64,000 nucleotides of DNA from Selaginella moellendorffii (taxonomy: Eukaryota; Plantae; Lycopodiophyta), in contig NW_003314341.1 of assembly GCF_000143415.4 (NCBI RefSeq), positions 584,394 through 648,393 of the forward strand. Direction: 5' to 3'. This document shows positions 36,569-49,186 of the stretch, piece by piece. A program made the position numbers and the translations under genes. The notes under the pieces were generated by a model, which saw nothing but the letters and a program-made list of their open reading frames with translations, did no database searches and was not told where the DNA came from. Each line of letters begins with the position of its first letter. Position 1 is the first letter of the stretch.

Positions 36569-37508
36569 ATGATCGGTGCGCCAACGGGATGCTACAAGTG
36601 TGGGCGAACCGGCCACTGGTCTCGCGATTGCTCGTTCGATCCAAAGCCTGGCCTGCCGCCGCCACCGCCGCCGCCGATTTCTAGCGCGCCGCCCCCCAAA
36701 CCTGGGCGGCGGAGGAAGCGAAAGCTCACGCCCGAGCTTCTCTTCTCCAACGAAGGTCTTGGCTATGTCTTGGAGCACATCCCGCACAGGTTTCCCATCA
36801 AGGGGCGAGGGCACGAGGTGGGTTCTTCCATTCTTCTTTGTCTTTCTTTTTCCCATGGAATTTCCCAGGGCCGGGATTTGCATAATCTTCTGCGAGCCTA
36901 TCGGCACTGGCACAGCAATTTCTTTCCCAGTCTCTCTTTCAAACGCTTCGCGCGTGAAGTGGCCAAGGTTGGAAGACTCAGGCGCGTCAAGGTATGCAAA
37001 TCAGCTGCCAGTTTTTTTATCGAAGTCTCTTCTTTTTCTCGTAGAAACGTCTAAAAGAATGCCGGACGAAATTTTTCAAGGGAGTTGATGATCCCAAGGA
37101 TTGTCTCAAAGGTGTGTTTTTTGTTTTTTTTTCTTTTTTCTTTTTTGTTTGCTAGAAACGTCCTCTTTTTGTGTAGAGGATCTCCCTGAGCCGGACATTC
37201 CAAGCCAAGAAGCTCCAGTCCAGGATAACCAGAACTACACCCCCATCTCCAATCCTGTGAGCAAGGATGATCCAGACTACGGTCAGAAGATGGCCCGAAT
37301 GGAAGCCAATCGATTGAAAGCTTTGGAGCGCGCTCGAGCTAGAATTGCTGCTGCTGCTGCTGCCGCTGCCACCAACACAAGTGAGTGGCAAACTTTCTTC
37401 CGATCATTTTTGTGTAACCAGCGCTTTGCGTTTCAGCACAAACGAACGAGCAGGCTGACAATGGAATTGCGAGCTGAAGCAAGAGTAGTGTATAGCAAGT
37501 ACGAATGA
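36569..37508 (+). CDS. TIPIN: TIPIN/Swi3 replication fork protection protein with N-terminal CCHC knuckle; 3' end uncertain
   Basis: APTGCYKCGRTGHWSRDC; KLTPELLFSNEGLGYVL...KGRGHE|GRDLHNLLRAYRHWH; RMEANRLKALERA. Confidence 0.8.
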
Positions 37509-37613
37509 AAAGAGGAATGTTCCTAGCAGCTTTTGCAGAACAGAAGCTTACAGTTTCATGCGAAGTAGTCGACGATGATGCAATCGAAGAAAAGTGTAGA
37601 TGACGGTTAGAGC

Positions 37614-38882
37614 ATGCGACACCTCCGGAGTTTGATTCGAGACAACTTTGAAATCGTCGATTCGGACAACTTGGCCTCGTTGATTCGGGCCTGTGGCACT
37701 TCCAGAAACCTCTTCCAGGCCCAGCGCATTGACCAAGCTCTCTTGAAACGCAGGATCACTTGCGGCGAAGAATTCAGGTACCTCAGCAATCTCCTAATCG
37801 AAACTTACGGAAAGTGTGGGAGTTTGAGCGATGCTTACCGGGTGTTCGCTGGTTTGCAGCACAAGAACAAGTATACGTGGTCCCTGCTCATGACAGCGTA
37901 TGCCCAGAACGGGTATCTTGACGAAGCAAAGCGAGCGTTCGATGACATGCCTCAGAGGGACATATTCTCGTGGACGGTCTTGCTGCAAGCTTACGTCGAT
38001 TCCAGCACCTTAGACGACGCAAAGCTGGCCTTCGAAAGAATCCCCGGAAGAAACGTTGTTTCGTGGACGTGCATGGTGGCAGGCTATGCCCAAAATGGGG
38101 ATTTTGATCGCTGCAAGAAAACGTTTGACACCATGCCCGTGAGGAACGTCTTCTCCTGGACGGCTATGGTGGTGGCTGCCTCTCAGCACTGGAGCCTCGA
38201 CAAAGCTCGCGAAACGTTCCACAAGATCCCGAGCTGGAACGCCGCCACCATGAACGCAATGGTGCAAGGATTCGCCAGGAACGGACTCCTCCGAGAGTCG
38301 AGAGAAACTTTCGACCGGATACCCGAGAAGAATGTTATCTCCTGGACGTCGATCGTCACGGCCTACAGCCAAAACGCGAGGCTCGACGAAGCAAAGGTTC
38401 TGTTCGACGACATGCCCGTCAGAAACCTCGTATCCTGGACAAGCATCGTCGCCGGATACGCTTGGAACGGACACGGCCAGAAGTCCACGGAGATGTTTCG
38501 AGCGATGGAGCTCCAGGGAGAGATCCCGGACGAGATCTCTTTCGTCAACGTTCTCACGGGGTGCTCGCACGGAGGATTGTTGAGGCGCGGATGGATCTAC
38601 TTCCAATCCATGCAGCGTGACTATAGCTTGAGTCCCGGAAAGGAGCACTACTGTTGTCTCCTGGATCTTCTCGCGCGGTCGGGACGCTTGGACGATGCCG
38701 AGGACTTGCTGGCGAGCATGCCTTTTGAGCCGGACGAGGTGGCTTGCAAGACTGTTCTAGCGGCGTGTGGGATCTATCGCGATCTGGAGCGAGCAATTAG
38801 AGTCGCAGACGTGGTGCTGGATGACAATGCCGGAAGCAGCGACTGCTACCTTCTTCTCAGGAACATCTTCTGCGAAGTTTGA
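37614..38882 (+). CDS. Intronless PLS-class pentatricopeptide repeat protein with short E-like C-terminus, no DYW
   Basis: Repeated 31-aa motifs (FDxMPxRNVVSWT), YGKCGSL, LTGCSHGG, EHYCCLLDLLARSGRLDDAE, MPFEPD. Confidence 0.92.
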   Translation: MRHLRSLIRDNFEIVDSDNLASLIRACGTSRNLFQAQRIDQALLKRRITCGEEFRYLSNLLIETYGKCGSLSDAYRVFAGLQHKNKYTWSLLMTAYAQNGYLDEAKRAFDDMPQRDIFSWTVLLQAYVDSSTLDDAKLAFERIPGRNVVSWTCMVAGYAQNGDFDRCKKTFDTMPVRNVFSWTAMVVAASQHWSLDKARETFHKIPSWNAATMNAMVQGFARNGLLRESRETFDRIPEKNVISWTSIVTAYSQNARLDEAKVLFDDMPVRNLVSWTSIVAGYAWNGHGQKSTEMFRAMELQGEIPDEISFVNVLTGCSHGGLLRRGWIYFQSMQRDYSLSPGKEHYCCLLDLLARSGRLDDAEDLLASMPFEPDEVACKTVLAACGIYRDLERAIRVADVVLDDNAGSSDCYLLLRNIFCEV

Positions 38883-38906
38883 GCTTTCAATGTAGCAAGC
38901 GAAGTC

Positions 38907-40741
38907 TTACTTGTTTCGACCGTATTGTATAACCATCGGTTTGCCTTTCAGCACAAACGAATGAACACCAGCCTGGCAATGAAACTGTCAGTTCAAGTTA
39001 ACAGTGTTGAAAGAAAAAAGAAAAACGAGCTCGTCCACTTACCAGAGCATCTCCCGCAATTTCTGCAGAGGGAAATCGCACAAACGCTTGGCCTTTCATG
39101 CGACCTTCCTGTTAGATTTGCGAATCCAATGAGTACATGGAGCAAATCCTTGAGAAAGTTTCTTACTTGCATCAACTTCACATTCAGTCCAGCTTGTGCC
39201 TCTTCATAACTTGGAAAGAAAGCACCTGCAAAATCGATGTCAGAAAGGAACAAATTAAAAATCTGCGGGTTACTTACCGAAAACGTAGTGGAGATCTTCA
39301 AGAACGACTTCCTTTTCGAGATTTTTTATATACAGAACAGGAGAAGGAGTTCCACGCGAGTAGTTCTGAAAATGACAAGAACACGTGAAATAACATAACG
39401 AAAGAAACATCTCACCTTAAACACGGGATGGCTGGCAACTTCTCCAAGTGAGAGCTTTCCTTTCTCTAGCTCCTCCCTAGTCGCAAATCTCTTATCTTGG
39501 CTGACTTCTTCGTGCTTTTCTTCTACTTTGGTTTTCTCTTCCACTTTGGGAGGAATTTTGATCTGCAAATACCATGTCTAGCTGAGGAGATCAGAGTTAA
39601 GTAGCAAACCTGAATAACAGGCTGTTTCTTCTTGATCGATGTCACGGCTTTGGAGGGATCCGTGACTGGCTTCACACCTGCAGCCTCATGAGAAGCATCC
39701 TTTGCTGTTGCTGGACCCAGAATCACTTCCTTTCGTCTTCTTTTCTTCTTTCTACCTTCTTCATTGTCCTGGAAGGCAATCGTTCATCAATACATGAATT
39801 TCTCGAGTGAAGTGAGTACCTCTTCTTCTGAAGATTCCAGCTCCGACTCGTCACTCGCGAGATCTAGAGGACGCTCCTGAGCACCAGCGGCGCACGGAAG
39901 CGGTGGCTTAGGGACCGCTGGACGGAATGGAGCCGGCAAGTTCATCTTGTTCATCAGGTGTAGCACCTTCCTTCACGACACATGCAAAGATGTCATGGCC
40001 AAACCGAATAGAAGTTCAAAATAAGAGAGGAAAAACCACACACCTGTGTGTAAAAACTTGGAACAGCGATCAGAGCACTAGAAATGTTGCTTAAGATGTT
40101 GTCATCCGGTGGAGGATAAGCATATCTGGAACATATAAGAAAATAAAAAAAGGAGTTCGATCGGGAAGAGATACACAGACGTACTCTAGGTGCGGTGGAA
40201 AAGGATAGTCGACGCCAAGAGATGGTGCAATTGGTTCACGCACGAATGAGCCGGTTACTGGATCTGCAGACGAATGCGATCGCGGAAGAAAACTCTTATC
40301 GGGTGATTTTCGAAAAGCTTTGCTCGACTTCTTGGTGGCGTCGTCTTCCCCTGGAGCACGAGATTTCTCGGCCGTCAGAGTCTTGCCAAGAAAACGCACC
40401 CTGCACGAAACAATTATCTAAATGACCACACACAAAGATTCTCAAGGAAAGAATACCGATGGAGCTGCGATTGTGCTCTGGCTGCCGAGGCATCGTCAGG
40501 GAAATCGAGAAACGCGCAGTTCTTTAGCCTATGAGGGTGTGAGATGGGCACTGAGCTCTTACTCAAGAGTATAGGGAGCTACATACCTCCCAGCTTGACA
40601 GAGTCGAAGATCCAGAGCTCCATAGTGCGTGAACAAACTCTTGAGAGTCTGTGGAGGAAGCGCAGGGAGATGACGCACCAAGAGCGTAGCAGACGCACCG
40701 CCATCGCCACCGCCACTGCTGGTACTGACGATTCCTTCCAT
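38907..40741 (-). CDS. RNPC3: U11/U12 snRNP 65-kDa protein (RNPC3), minor spliceosome, multi-exon
   Basis: TLLVRHLP, EPIAPSLGVDYPFPPHLEYAYPPP, FYTQVLHLMNKMNLPAPF, VLYIKNL, GRMKGQAFVRF, VLKGKPMVIQYGR. Confidence 0.9.
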
Positions 40742-40829
40742 AGAAGAGCCCTAAAATATTCTTACATTCCCGCCTAGCTATCTATTAAGCTGTCCTTTGG
40801 ATAAACCAGGACGATTTGGATCCTCGCTG

Positions 40830-41354
40830 CTATCTCGCTTGGAGAACCGACGCTGCTATCTGGAGAACTGATCTTAGATCTAGCTTCTTTACTTCCAAGG
40901 TTTCTGGAAGTTCTATAGCTCGAGCTAGACCGTCGTATCGTTGTGTGCTGCCCGAGAGGCTTGATCCACCACAAGCCGGAAGGAACGAGCCCAGGAGATG
41001 TGATCTGGAAAGAATGGCTTGGCGTGGATGAGCTCCTCGCCGTCCTCCAGCCATCGGTGAGCGAATAGATCCGAGGTTCGCATAACATCGAAGAATCCCC
41101 GGCAAGCGATGAAATCCTCGCAGCGGCTGTGGCATGCAAGCGACCTCGTTCGGCATTTTCGTAAAATAAAAAACTTGCCTCTTCAAGATGCCCAAACCGC
41201 TCACTATCTTCGCGAGAGAATCAAAGGCGACGCGAATTTCTTCGAACAAGAATCTTAAGAGAATGTTCGAGAAGATCGAGAAGAACTTGATCGCCTGCCC
41301 AAGCAGGAACATAGTGCCAGGAATGTGAGCTCTTCGCTTCCCCGCGATTGCCAT
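40830..41354 (-). CDS. Hypothetical ORF, possibly spliced
   Basis: ATG-initiated 174-aa ORF in gene-like GC context; no recognisable domain. Confidence 0.25.
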   Translation of the reverse strand: MAIAGKRRAHIPGTMFLLGQAIKFFSIFSNILLRFLFEEIRVAFDSLAKIVSGLGILKRQVFYFTKMPNEVACMPQPLRGFHRLPGILRCYANLGSIRSPMAGGRRGAHPRQAILSRSHLLGSFLPACGGSSLSGSTQRYDGLARAIELPETLEVKKLDLRSVLQIAASVLQAR

Positions 41355-41439
41355 CCTCCCACGAGTTGATTTGAATGGATTCAGAGCAAATATAGCTGGG
41401 TTAGGGCCGGAAGGTTATGGAGAGGAAGAAGGTTAAGAC

Positions 41440-42669
41440 ATGGAGCAGTCGCACGAGCAACAGGTTGGCGATGACTTTGACTCAGAGGATGTGGGTTGCT
41501 TGGGTATACCCGAAACCCTTGAAGCCTGTGACTTTAGCTCAGAGGATGTGAATTGCCTGAAAGCCTTGGGCATGTTCGAGCCATATCCTCCAGGGAGACG
41601 AAGGCCGTGGTGTTGCGAGGTTGCCACCATCGGGAAGATGAGCTCCACTGTTTGATGGCCTCCTCCCGCCCTTCCTCGAGGACGACATTCTTCTCCGGCT
41701 GCCCGCGCCATCGCTCATGAACGCCAGGATGGTGTCGAGGACCTGGAGTTCCAGGCTGAGCAGCCCAGAGCTTCTGGCCAGTCACCGCGAGCATGTCACC
41801 ACCACTGTGGCTTTTTATCTTGGCGAATATGGTGGCTCCGAACGCCCAGGTTGGCGATCGCGCGCGAATCGTCGGCCGGGAAGACCAAGTTCTCGCTGCT
41901 CCCGCTCAAAGGCTGCATCCCGCCTGGCTACAATCTCGAGTGCTGTGATGCTCCTCCTCATCATGGGCCAATTTTGTTCTGCTTTTCCTACCGCATCTAC
42001 AGGTCCTGCTACCTGGTTGGCAATCCGCTCTCGGGTCGCTACACCGAAGTCCATGCTCCCTACAAGAAGGGCACGATCCAGAGTGACAGAGACACAAGCT
42101 TAGTTTTGATGGCTGATCCATGCGTCCCTGGCCGCTTCAAGCTTGTCTTGTTTCGGTGGCGGTGGTGGTCCCCTGGATCTACGATTCCGCAACCGACTCA
42201 TGGACCGAGAGAAGCAGTTTCCACCTTGGGCACGGAGACTCTTTTAATCCAGTGCGAGATTGTGCGTGGGAGAAAGGTTGCGTGCGGCGGTGTGTGGTAT
42301 TTACTCGACCGGAGGATGTCGATGCGGGTGCTTTGCTACCGCCTGGTAGATGAGTGGTCCTGTTGGCGGCTTCAGACTCTTCTTTAAAGACATTCAAGCC
42401 GGTGCCCTGCAGAGGGCGGCTGCTGATCGTGAACGACGCAAGCTGGGGTGGCTGGAACAGGAGGGACTGGCAGCTGGGATGGGGAAGTGTGTGTGGAGGT
42501 GTGGAAGATCAAACACAGACCTGGACGCGAACTGCGGTCTGGTTGCGAGACGCTCGAGTGTGACTTGGTGCTCCATAGTCACTTGAGGCCCGAGAGTGTG
42601 ACACGATCCATGCAATCTATGGAAGCAGGATGGCTGGTTTCTGTGCTGCACTACAAACTTTTGTTCTGA
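41440..42669 (+). pseudogene. F-box protein pseudogene with several frameshifts
   Basis: F-box motif LPPFLEDDILLRLPAPSLMNARMVSRTW. Downstream FBA-like pieces (YLVGNPLSGRY, GRFKLVL, IYDSATDSW) lie in different frames. Confidence 0.7.
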
Positions 42670-43165
42670 AGAAACTGAAATAAGCACACTCCGTTCTAAT
42701 GCGTGTCTATGGGAAGAATGGGTATATACCATACATTTGTGATACCCCATGTTCATAATCTGGTGGACTGATTTTAATGACAACTTACAGTTACAGAGGT
42801 GGCAATAAGAACAAAAGGAATGAAAATTTTGCTAGCTACTTTCTTCACTGCAAAGAGAAGAATAAGCTCTATATATTTTAAAGAGAAGAAGTTTTATCTA
42901 GAGAATATGATACATATATTAAGTTGCCAATGAGTGATGGGTGATTTGAAACCAGACATAAGAATGGATCCAACTTATCACTAGCCTAAACATACAAATG
43001 TAAAGTTGTGATCCTATACTTCATAGTTACCCACAAATACAATTTGGTGATATGTTCTTTCTAGGCAAGAGACTTGGAGCTCCTGAAATACATTTTAAAT
43101 ATTATTAAGTTGTGATCTTAGCATAAACTAAATAATTTATTGTGTGTTGTATGTAGTGGTGCTTC
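42650..43165 (+). repeat. Dispersed repeat, copy 1 (copy 2 at ~62140-62625)
   Basis: Long shared blocks such as taatctggtggactgat...cactagcctaaacatacaaatgtaaagttgtgatcct...ttctaggcaagagact. Confidence 0.9.
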
Positions 43166-46100
43166 GGCAATATGAGTGAAGCACAAGAGATGTAAATCAA
43201 GGATGATGAAAAATGGGAAGAATCACTGAAAAGGTTGAATGACAAGGCAAAAGAACAAAATGTAATTATGACACAAAAATAAATCAAAGGTCTGTACCAT
43301 AATTTGATAATTTGTTTAAGCTATATAGACAACTAGGAATGCCTCACCAAGATGCATAAAACAAACAAAGAACAAACCCTAGGCCAACCTCCCAACTCTT
43401 AAGGCATTACAACCTTAAATCCCACAAACCATAAATTATTCTTGGAATATTTATTGTGGTTTGTGTCTCTCATAACCCAGTGATATGGCACCCTTAAAGG
43501 AGTCCAAGGCAATATGGCCATGAAGAAAAGATGTGCAAATGGCAACACCTAACATTATGACAAATGGCCACAAAAGAAAGAAAACAATATAGCTTTCTTG
43601 TATAACAATACAGTCATGGAAACAAAAAAATGAGCAATCTTTAGGATTTGGATGATGGATTGATTCATAACATCACCAGAGTGCAAACACGCTTTAAGCT
43701 TGTTTACATGAAATGTTAGATGAATCTTTAAACTAGCTAGCAAGTCTAAAGTGAAAGCAAAATCCACCACATGTTGTAAAATTGTTTATAACCCACAATA
43801 CCATGAAGAGAACTTAGCACTGCCACCTCCTTTCAAAGACCATTGTGTATCTAATAGCTTTAGGAAAACCTTATCACCAACTTTTTACTGATAACAATGT
43901 TTATTAGCCAATCTTTTGTCTTGATCTTGAGCTTGCCTCATATTTAACTTTGCCAACTCAAATTTGTTTTACATATTCTCCAAAGAATGAGGCACCCAAA
44001 CTAAAGCCAAACTTAAACTCACAAAAGATTTAAACTTATAACCATACATTGTCTTTAATGAAGACATGCCAATAGCCAATTGATGAGTGCTATTGTGAAC
44101 AATTGTTCTTAGGTATATGTAGAGAATGATAAAGGTCAATGAGCTTCTGATGATCAACTTTAATTGTTTGGTAGATCAAACAACCATATATATACTTCTT
44201 AATATCTTATTTCATCCCAGGCTAAAAGAAATGCCTCTTCACTAATATATACGTTCTTAATACCCTTGGATGCCCAGCACTTGGCACATTATAACACTCA
44301 ACTAAAATATATTTGATGAATTTATCAATACAAAGAACCACCCCACATCCCTTCTTTATTAGGATTCCATCTTAAATCTCAAATGACACAACTTGTCACC
44401 TTTCAAATTTGTAAAGGCATCCCTCAACAAAACCTTCATGCGAATATCAATGATAAAGGAGTCAACATTGGATAGCTTCATAAACAAAATAGTATATACC
44501 ATCCTAGATAATGTATCAGCCAGTTTATTGTCACCTCCAACCGGATTTTAACAAATATTTCCAGAAAAAACTCTTACCAATGAGCAAGGTGGCCTCAAAG
44601 ATCTTTTTGACAATTGAAATATTGAAGAGACTAATAGTTTAAATCCATATGAAAATTTTATCCATACAAATAATGTTGCCATTCCTTCACAACAACAATC
44701 ACAATATATAACTCTTTGTCTCGAGTAAACCAATTCTGTTGTGTAGCATCAAACTTATGGCTCATGTATGTATGAGGATGCCCAACTTGAAGCAAAACAG
44801 CTCTAATAGAAATGTCATTTGCATCTATCTCGACCACAAGAAGCTTCTTAAGATCAAAAATCTTCAACACAAGAGCAAAGACAAAACACTACTTCAAATG
44901 TTGAAATGCCACTTGACACTTTTCCTCCTAACCATGAATAGTAGCATGTTTAAATATGTTCTGGAGAAGATTGGTCAAAGGAGTTGTTATCTCTATAAAG
45001 GCTTTCACAAATTGTCAAAAAACTCTAACCCTACTAAGGAAACTAGCACTATTAAAGGTATAGGCCAATTAACCATGACTTGGACCTTTGTGGCATCAAT
45101 TCTCACTCCATGCACTAAAATCAAACACCTAAGATATCTAATCTCTTCCAAGAAACACTTGCACTTGGATAACTTCAAGTAGAGCTTGTGATCCCTTAGA
45201 AGTTGCAGAACATTTCACACATGTATCTCATGGTCTTCTACTAAAGAGCTAAACACTAGAATATCATCAAAATAATTAATGGCAAAGTTTCCCATATAAG
45301 GCTGTAGAACTTGATTCATTGTCCCTTTAAATAGTTGTAGGAGCATCTGTCAAACTAAATGCATCACCAAAAACTTATAGTGACCAATCCTTGTTTGGAA
45401 TGTAATTTTTGGAACATCCTTTAGTTTAACACAAATATGATGATACTCTTACCTTAAATCATTTTTTATAAAATATTAAACACCACAAAGACAATTAAGG
45501 AAATCATCAATATAAGGGATTGTGAATATATTTTTCATTGTCCTATCATTCAATCTTTTGTAGTTCAAGCAAAAATGTCATATACCATCTTTTTTCTTGA
45601 CCATCACTACTGAAGCAATCCAAAGAAACTTATTTACCAGTAACCACCCCTTTCAAGTACTTAGTAAGCTGCTTATTAATTTGTTCATCTTCAGTGAGAC
45701 TAGTACAAGTTAGTTGTCAATGATAAAGAGTAGCTTTAGAAACTAAGTTAATCTCATACTAAATTCTATATTCAAGAGGCAAACCATCAGACAACTCATT
45801 TGGAAATATGTCATAAAACTCCTCTTGAATGCAATCTACATGAGCCCTATATCCACGAACGTAACATGATCATATTAAAAAGGAACGGGTACACCATGAA
45901 AGAACAAGCTATTTCATATGTGCATGTCACCAACTCCAAAGCATTAATTAATAGAGTATCACTATTGTTTGTCTTGACAATCTCTTTCATAGTGCCATCA
46001 ACTTTGATATGTAGAACATTACACTCTCAATTGATCCCTAGCCTCCTATCATAATTCCCAAGAATAACATCTATGCAACCAAGATCCATAACCTAGAATG

Positions 46101-46933
46101 AAGGATGATCAAGAATCCCTTGAACCGTCAAAAGAACACTTAGAGCCCATTCATCATAAACACAAGTGTTACATCCATCTGCCATAACCACCTTGTAAAT
46201 TATCAAACTCTTTTCCATAGGTAAATCAAGTTTTTTCACCACCTTAGAGTTCAAAAAGTTGTGTATAACACCTGGATCAAAAAGAAAACTAAATGCATTA
46301 CTCTAAATGTCCCCTTTAATCTTCACAAGTTGATTATGTATAAAATCATTGAGCTCTATAAAGTTGATATAAACTCAAAACTTAGGTTCTTAAACTTTTG
46401 CAAAGGGGTGTGGAAGAGCCACTATAGTAGATGCCTAAGTTGTATCCATGATGGATTCCACAACATTCACCTTCGCATTATTTAATCCCTTCACAAGAGG
46501 ACAATCCTTACCTTGATGTTCAACCTTACGATAACAAAAACAATTGCCTTCCATCTTATCCTTTTCTCACTGGTCCAAACAAATTTTTCTAGCCTCATTG
46601 CTATTTCCACTTTTCAAGCCATGACGTAGTAATAGTTATTTCTTCCCTAAACATAAAGCATTGGCAAGATGGTCATCATGTTGACTACCCCATAGACCAT
46701 CCTATTTACTAGACTTGACTGACAGTTTTGGTGAAAAGATTTTGAGCCTTAATGATAGCATTAATCAACATTGCTAAAAAATCTTTCTTGACCTTTTATT
46801 ACATGTATAGGAAAAGAGTAAAACTGATGGTGTGGAGACACAAAATGTGTCAATGTATGATGCCTTGAGGTTAAGTTAATGGGTTCATAAGAACCCCTTG
46901 CCAAAGGAATTCCAATGGAAATGAGAATGATAT

Positions 46934-48824
46934 TGTAGGCGACTAAATTTTCCATTCTACTTTAGTCACTTAACCACACCTCCGACCACTTGGAGGAGTC
47001 TCATTCACAACCTCCATCAGTCCAATTCAGGACTTGGGACTTGCTAGCCCCAAGAATGGCATCCATGCCACTCCACACTTGCACCTGGTCCAAGTGCTCC
47101 ACGTGTCCGGTCCTGAGACCGACACCCAAAGGTACCACTAACATCTCGGCCCGTTACGCTAAGGCCATGGCCATTCACCTTTACTGCACTAGTGGTTCAA
47201 CACCACTTGCATCACCACCCCGTCTCTCCGAGACTGGGCCATGTGTCCACGAGTGGTCATCCTAGATCCACTCCTTAGCATCCTTAGGATGCCCACAGAC
47301 CTGGGGAGTTGCCTTCCCCAAAGTCCCTTTGTCAGTTCCTACCAAGTCCCTTTCTGCCCCTGGCCGTGTTTGCCAACACTGCCACTGGATCGAGGCCCAC
47401 AGGCCCGACCACTAAGTCCCACGGTCCTCTGGGACTTCCTCACCACATGACTGTGTCCTTGGTCACTACCCCAGAGGACTGCTCCTCTTCCTTTCCACAG
47501 TCTGGGCCTTTGGGACAACATTTCGGAACACCGTGGCCTTACGCGAGCCACCTGGGTACTCTCCCCATCTATCGCCTTTAGGTGCTCTAGCCATGGGCTT
47601 AGAGCGGGTTCCGTTGAGCCACACCAGGTATCCAAGTAGGTAGTGCCACCCACACTTGGACTGGGAGCATCGGCCAGTCGATCTCCCGGGGGAACTAGAG
47701 CCGGCTCTTGAACACTTCACCAAGCTACCCCGCTTGTCGGTCCGTGTTCACTCTAGTCTTGGACTTCCCAGTGGGCAGCTCATCACCCAACACTGGGTCC
47801 GGCCTTCCTGGGCCAAACTGGCCTTTCCTGGCCAAACTGGCTCCACTGCAGTCCTCCCCCTACTATACTTTTGGAGCTCACCAAACCCCCCAGGGTCTGG
47901 GAGACGAACGCTTTGGGCTTTCACCCTCTCAGGCTCCGGACTCGGACTCGGACTCGGACTCGGACTCGGACTCGGACTCGGACTCGGACTCGGGCTCGGG
48001 CTCGGTCTCGGCCTCGGCCTCGGTCTTGGTCTCGGTCCCGATCTCGGTCTCGGTCTCGGTCTCGGTCCCGGTCTCGGTCTCGACTTCGGACTCCATCTCG
48101 GAGTCCATCTCGGACTCCATCTCGGACTCCATCTCGGGTCCATCTCGGACTCCATCTCGGACTCCATCTTGGGTCCATCTCGGACTCCATCTCGGACTCC
48201 ATTTCGGGTCCATCTCGGGTCCACCTTTGACTCCATCTCGGACTCCATCTCGGACTCCATCTCGGGTCCATCTCGGACTCCACTTCGGACTCCAACTCGG
48301 ATCCATCTCGGGTCCACCTCGGACTCCAACTCGGACTCCATCTCGGTCTCCATCTCAGACTCCACTTCGGACTCCAACTCGGGTCCATCTCGGGCCCACC
48401 TCGGACTCCAACTCGGACTCCATCTCGGACTCCATCTTGGACTCCACTTCGGACTCCAACTCGGGTCCATCTCGGGTCCACCTCGGACTCCACTTCGGAC
48501 TCCAACTCGGGTCCATCTCGGACTCCACTTCGGACTCCAACTCGAGTCCATCTCGGACTCCACTTCGGACTCCAAGTCGAGTCCATCTCGGACACTCCCA
48601 TGTGTCATGTGTTGGTCCTTTTGGGTCCCTTTTTGGAGCCTCGCCTTTTGCTCGCTTCGTGCTCGTTCCTCGAGCACTTCGTTGGGAGTTCCACTCCCGC
48701 TCTTGACTTTTCAAGTCGGAGCTTTTGGTCCAAACGTGTTACGCTCGTTTGGCTCTCGCTTCGGCCACTACCATGTGGCGCCCTTCCGGCTCCACTTTGG
48801 GGCCTAGGGATTTTGTGTCTCACA
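46934..48824 (-). mobile_element. Solo LTR (1891 bp) of the LARD-like family
   Basis: Reverse complement of 49187-50831; TG...CA termini; TSD GATAT (46929-46933 and 48825-48829). Confidence 0.93.
47937..48592 (+). repeat. Hierarchical 6/11-12/35-bp minisatellite inside the LTR; sister arrays at ~49421-49833, ~55002-55483, ~63370-63660
   Basis: (GGACTC)n, (GGTCTC)n, (GGACTCCATCTC)n and a higher-order GGACTCCACTTC-GGACTCCAACTC-GGGTCCATCTC unit. Confidence 0.95.
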
Positions 48825-49186
48825 GATATATCCTAAGCTGGAAGACATGTGGTTAGAGTATGGTGACCCAAATAATGATGGAAGTGTGAAAATACTAGCA
48901 ATGAGTTGTAGTACTTGATAACTATGAGGCAACTAAGTAAAAGGTGCAACATAATTGATTGGATTGGTAGAAAATAAATACATAAGACTTTTTATTAAGA
49001 TAAGGAGGTTCCTTAGGGGGATAAATTACTTATATTGCGATATAGTAAGTCAATGTCATAAAGGGAAATACTCATTGTCAAAAAAATAAAAAGCTATTAT
49101 CGAGATATTTAGACATTCTAAACACTAAGAAGTGGTTTTTGGTATCATGAGGGTATTAAATAATACCCAAGGGATTATGTCCCTAG

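Noticed and set aside
38907-40741. U12-type introns or a USSE (tandem U12 5' splice sites) in the 65K gene
   Set aside because: I found no RTATCCTT donor motif by eye; the introns appear to be ordinary GT-AG.
47937-48592. CRISPR-like array
   Set aside because: No unique spacers, no cas genes, eukaryotic context; it is a tandem minisatellite.
47656-48807. Long ORFs (300-380 aa) in LARD LTRs, also 49125-50108 and 54667-55758
   Set aside because: Non-ATG starts; the repeats lack stops in all six frames; the frame through the array differs between copies (GLGL vs DSDS), which argues against a conserved protein.
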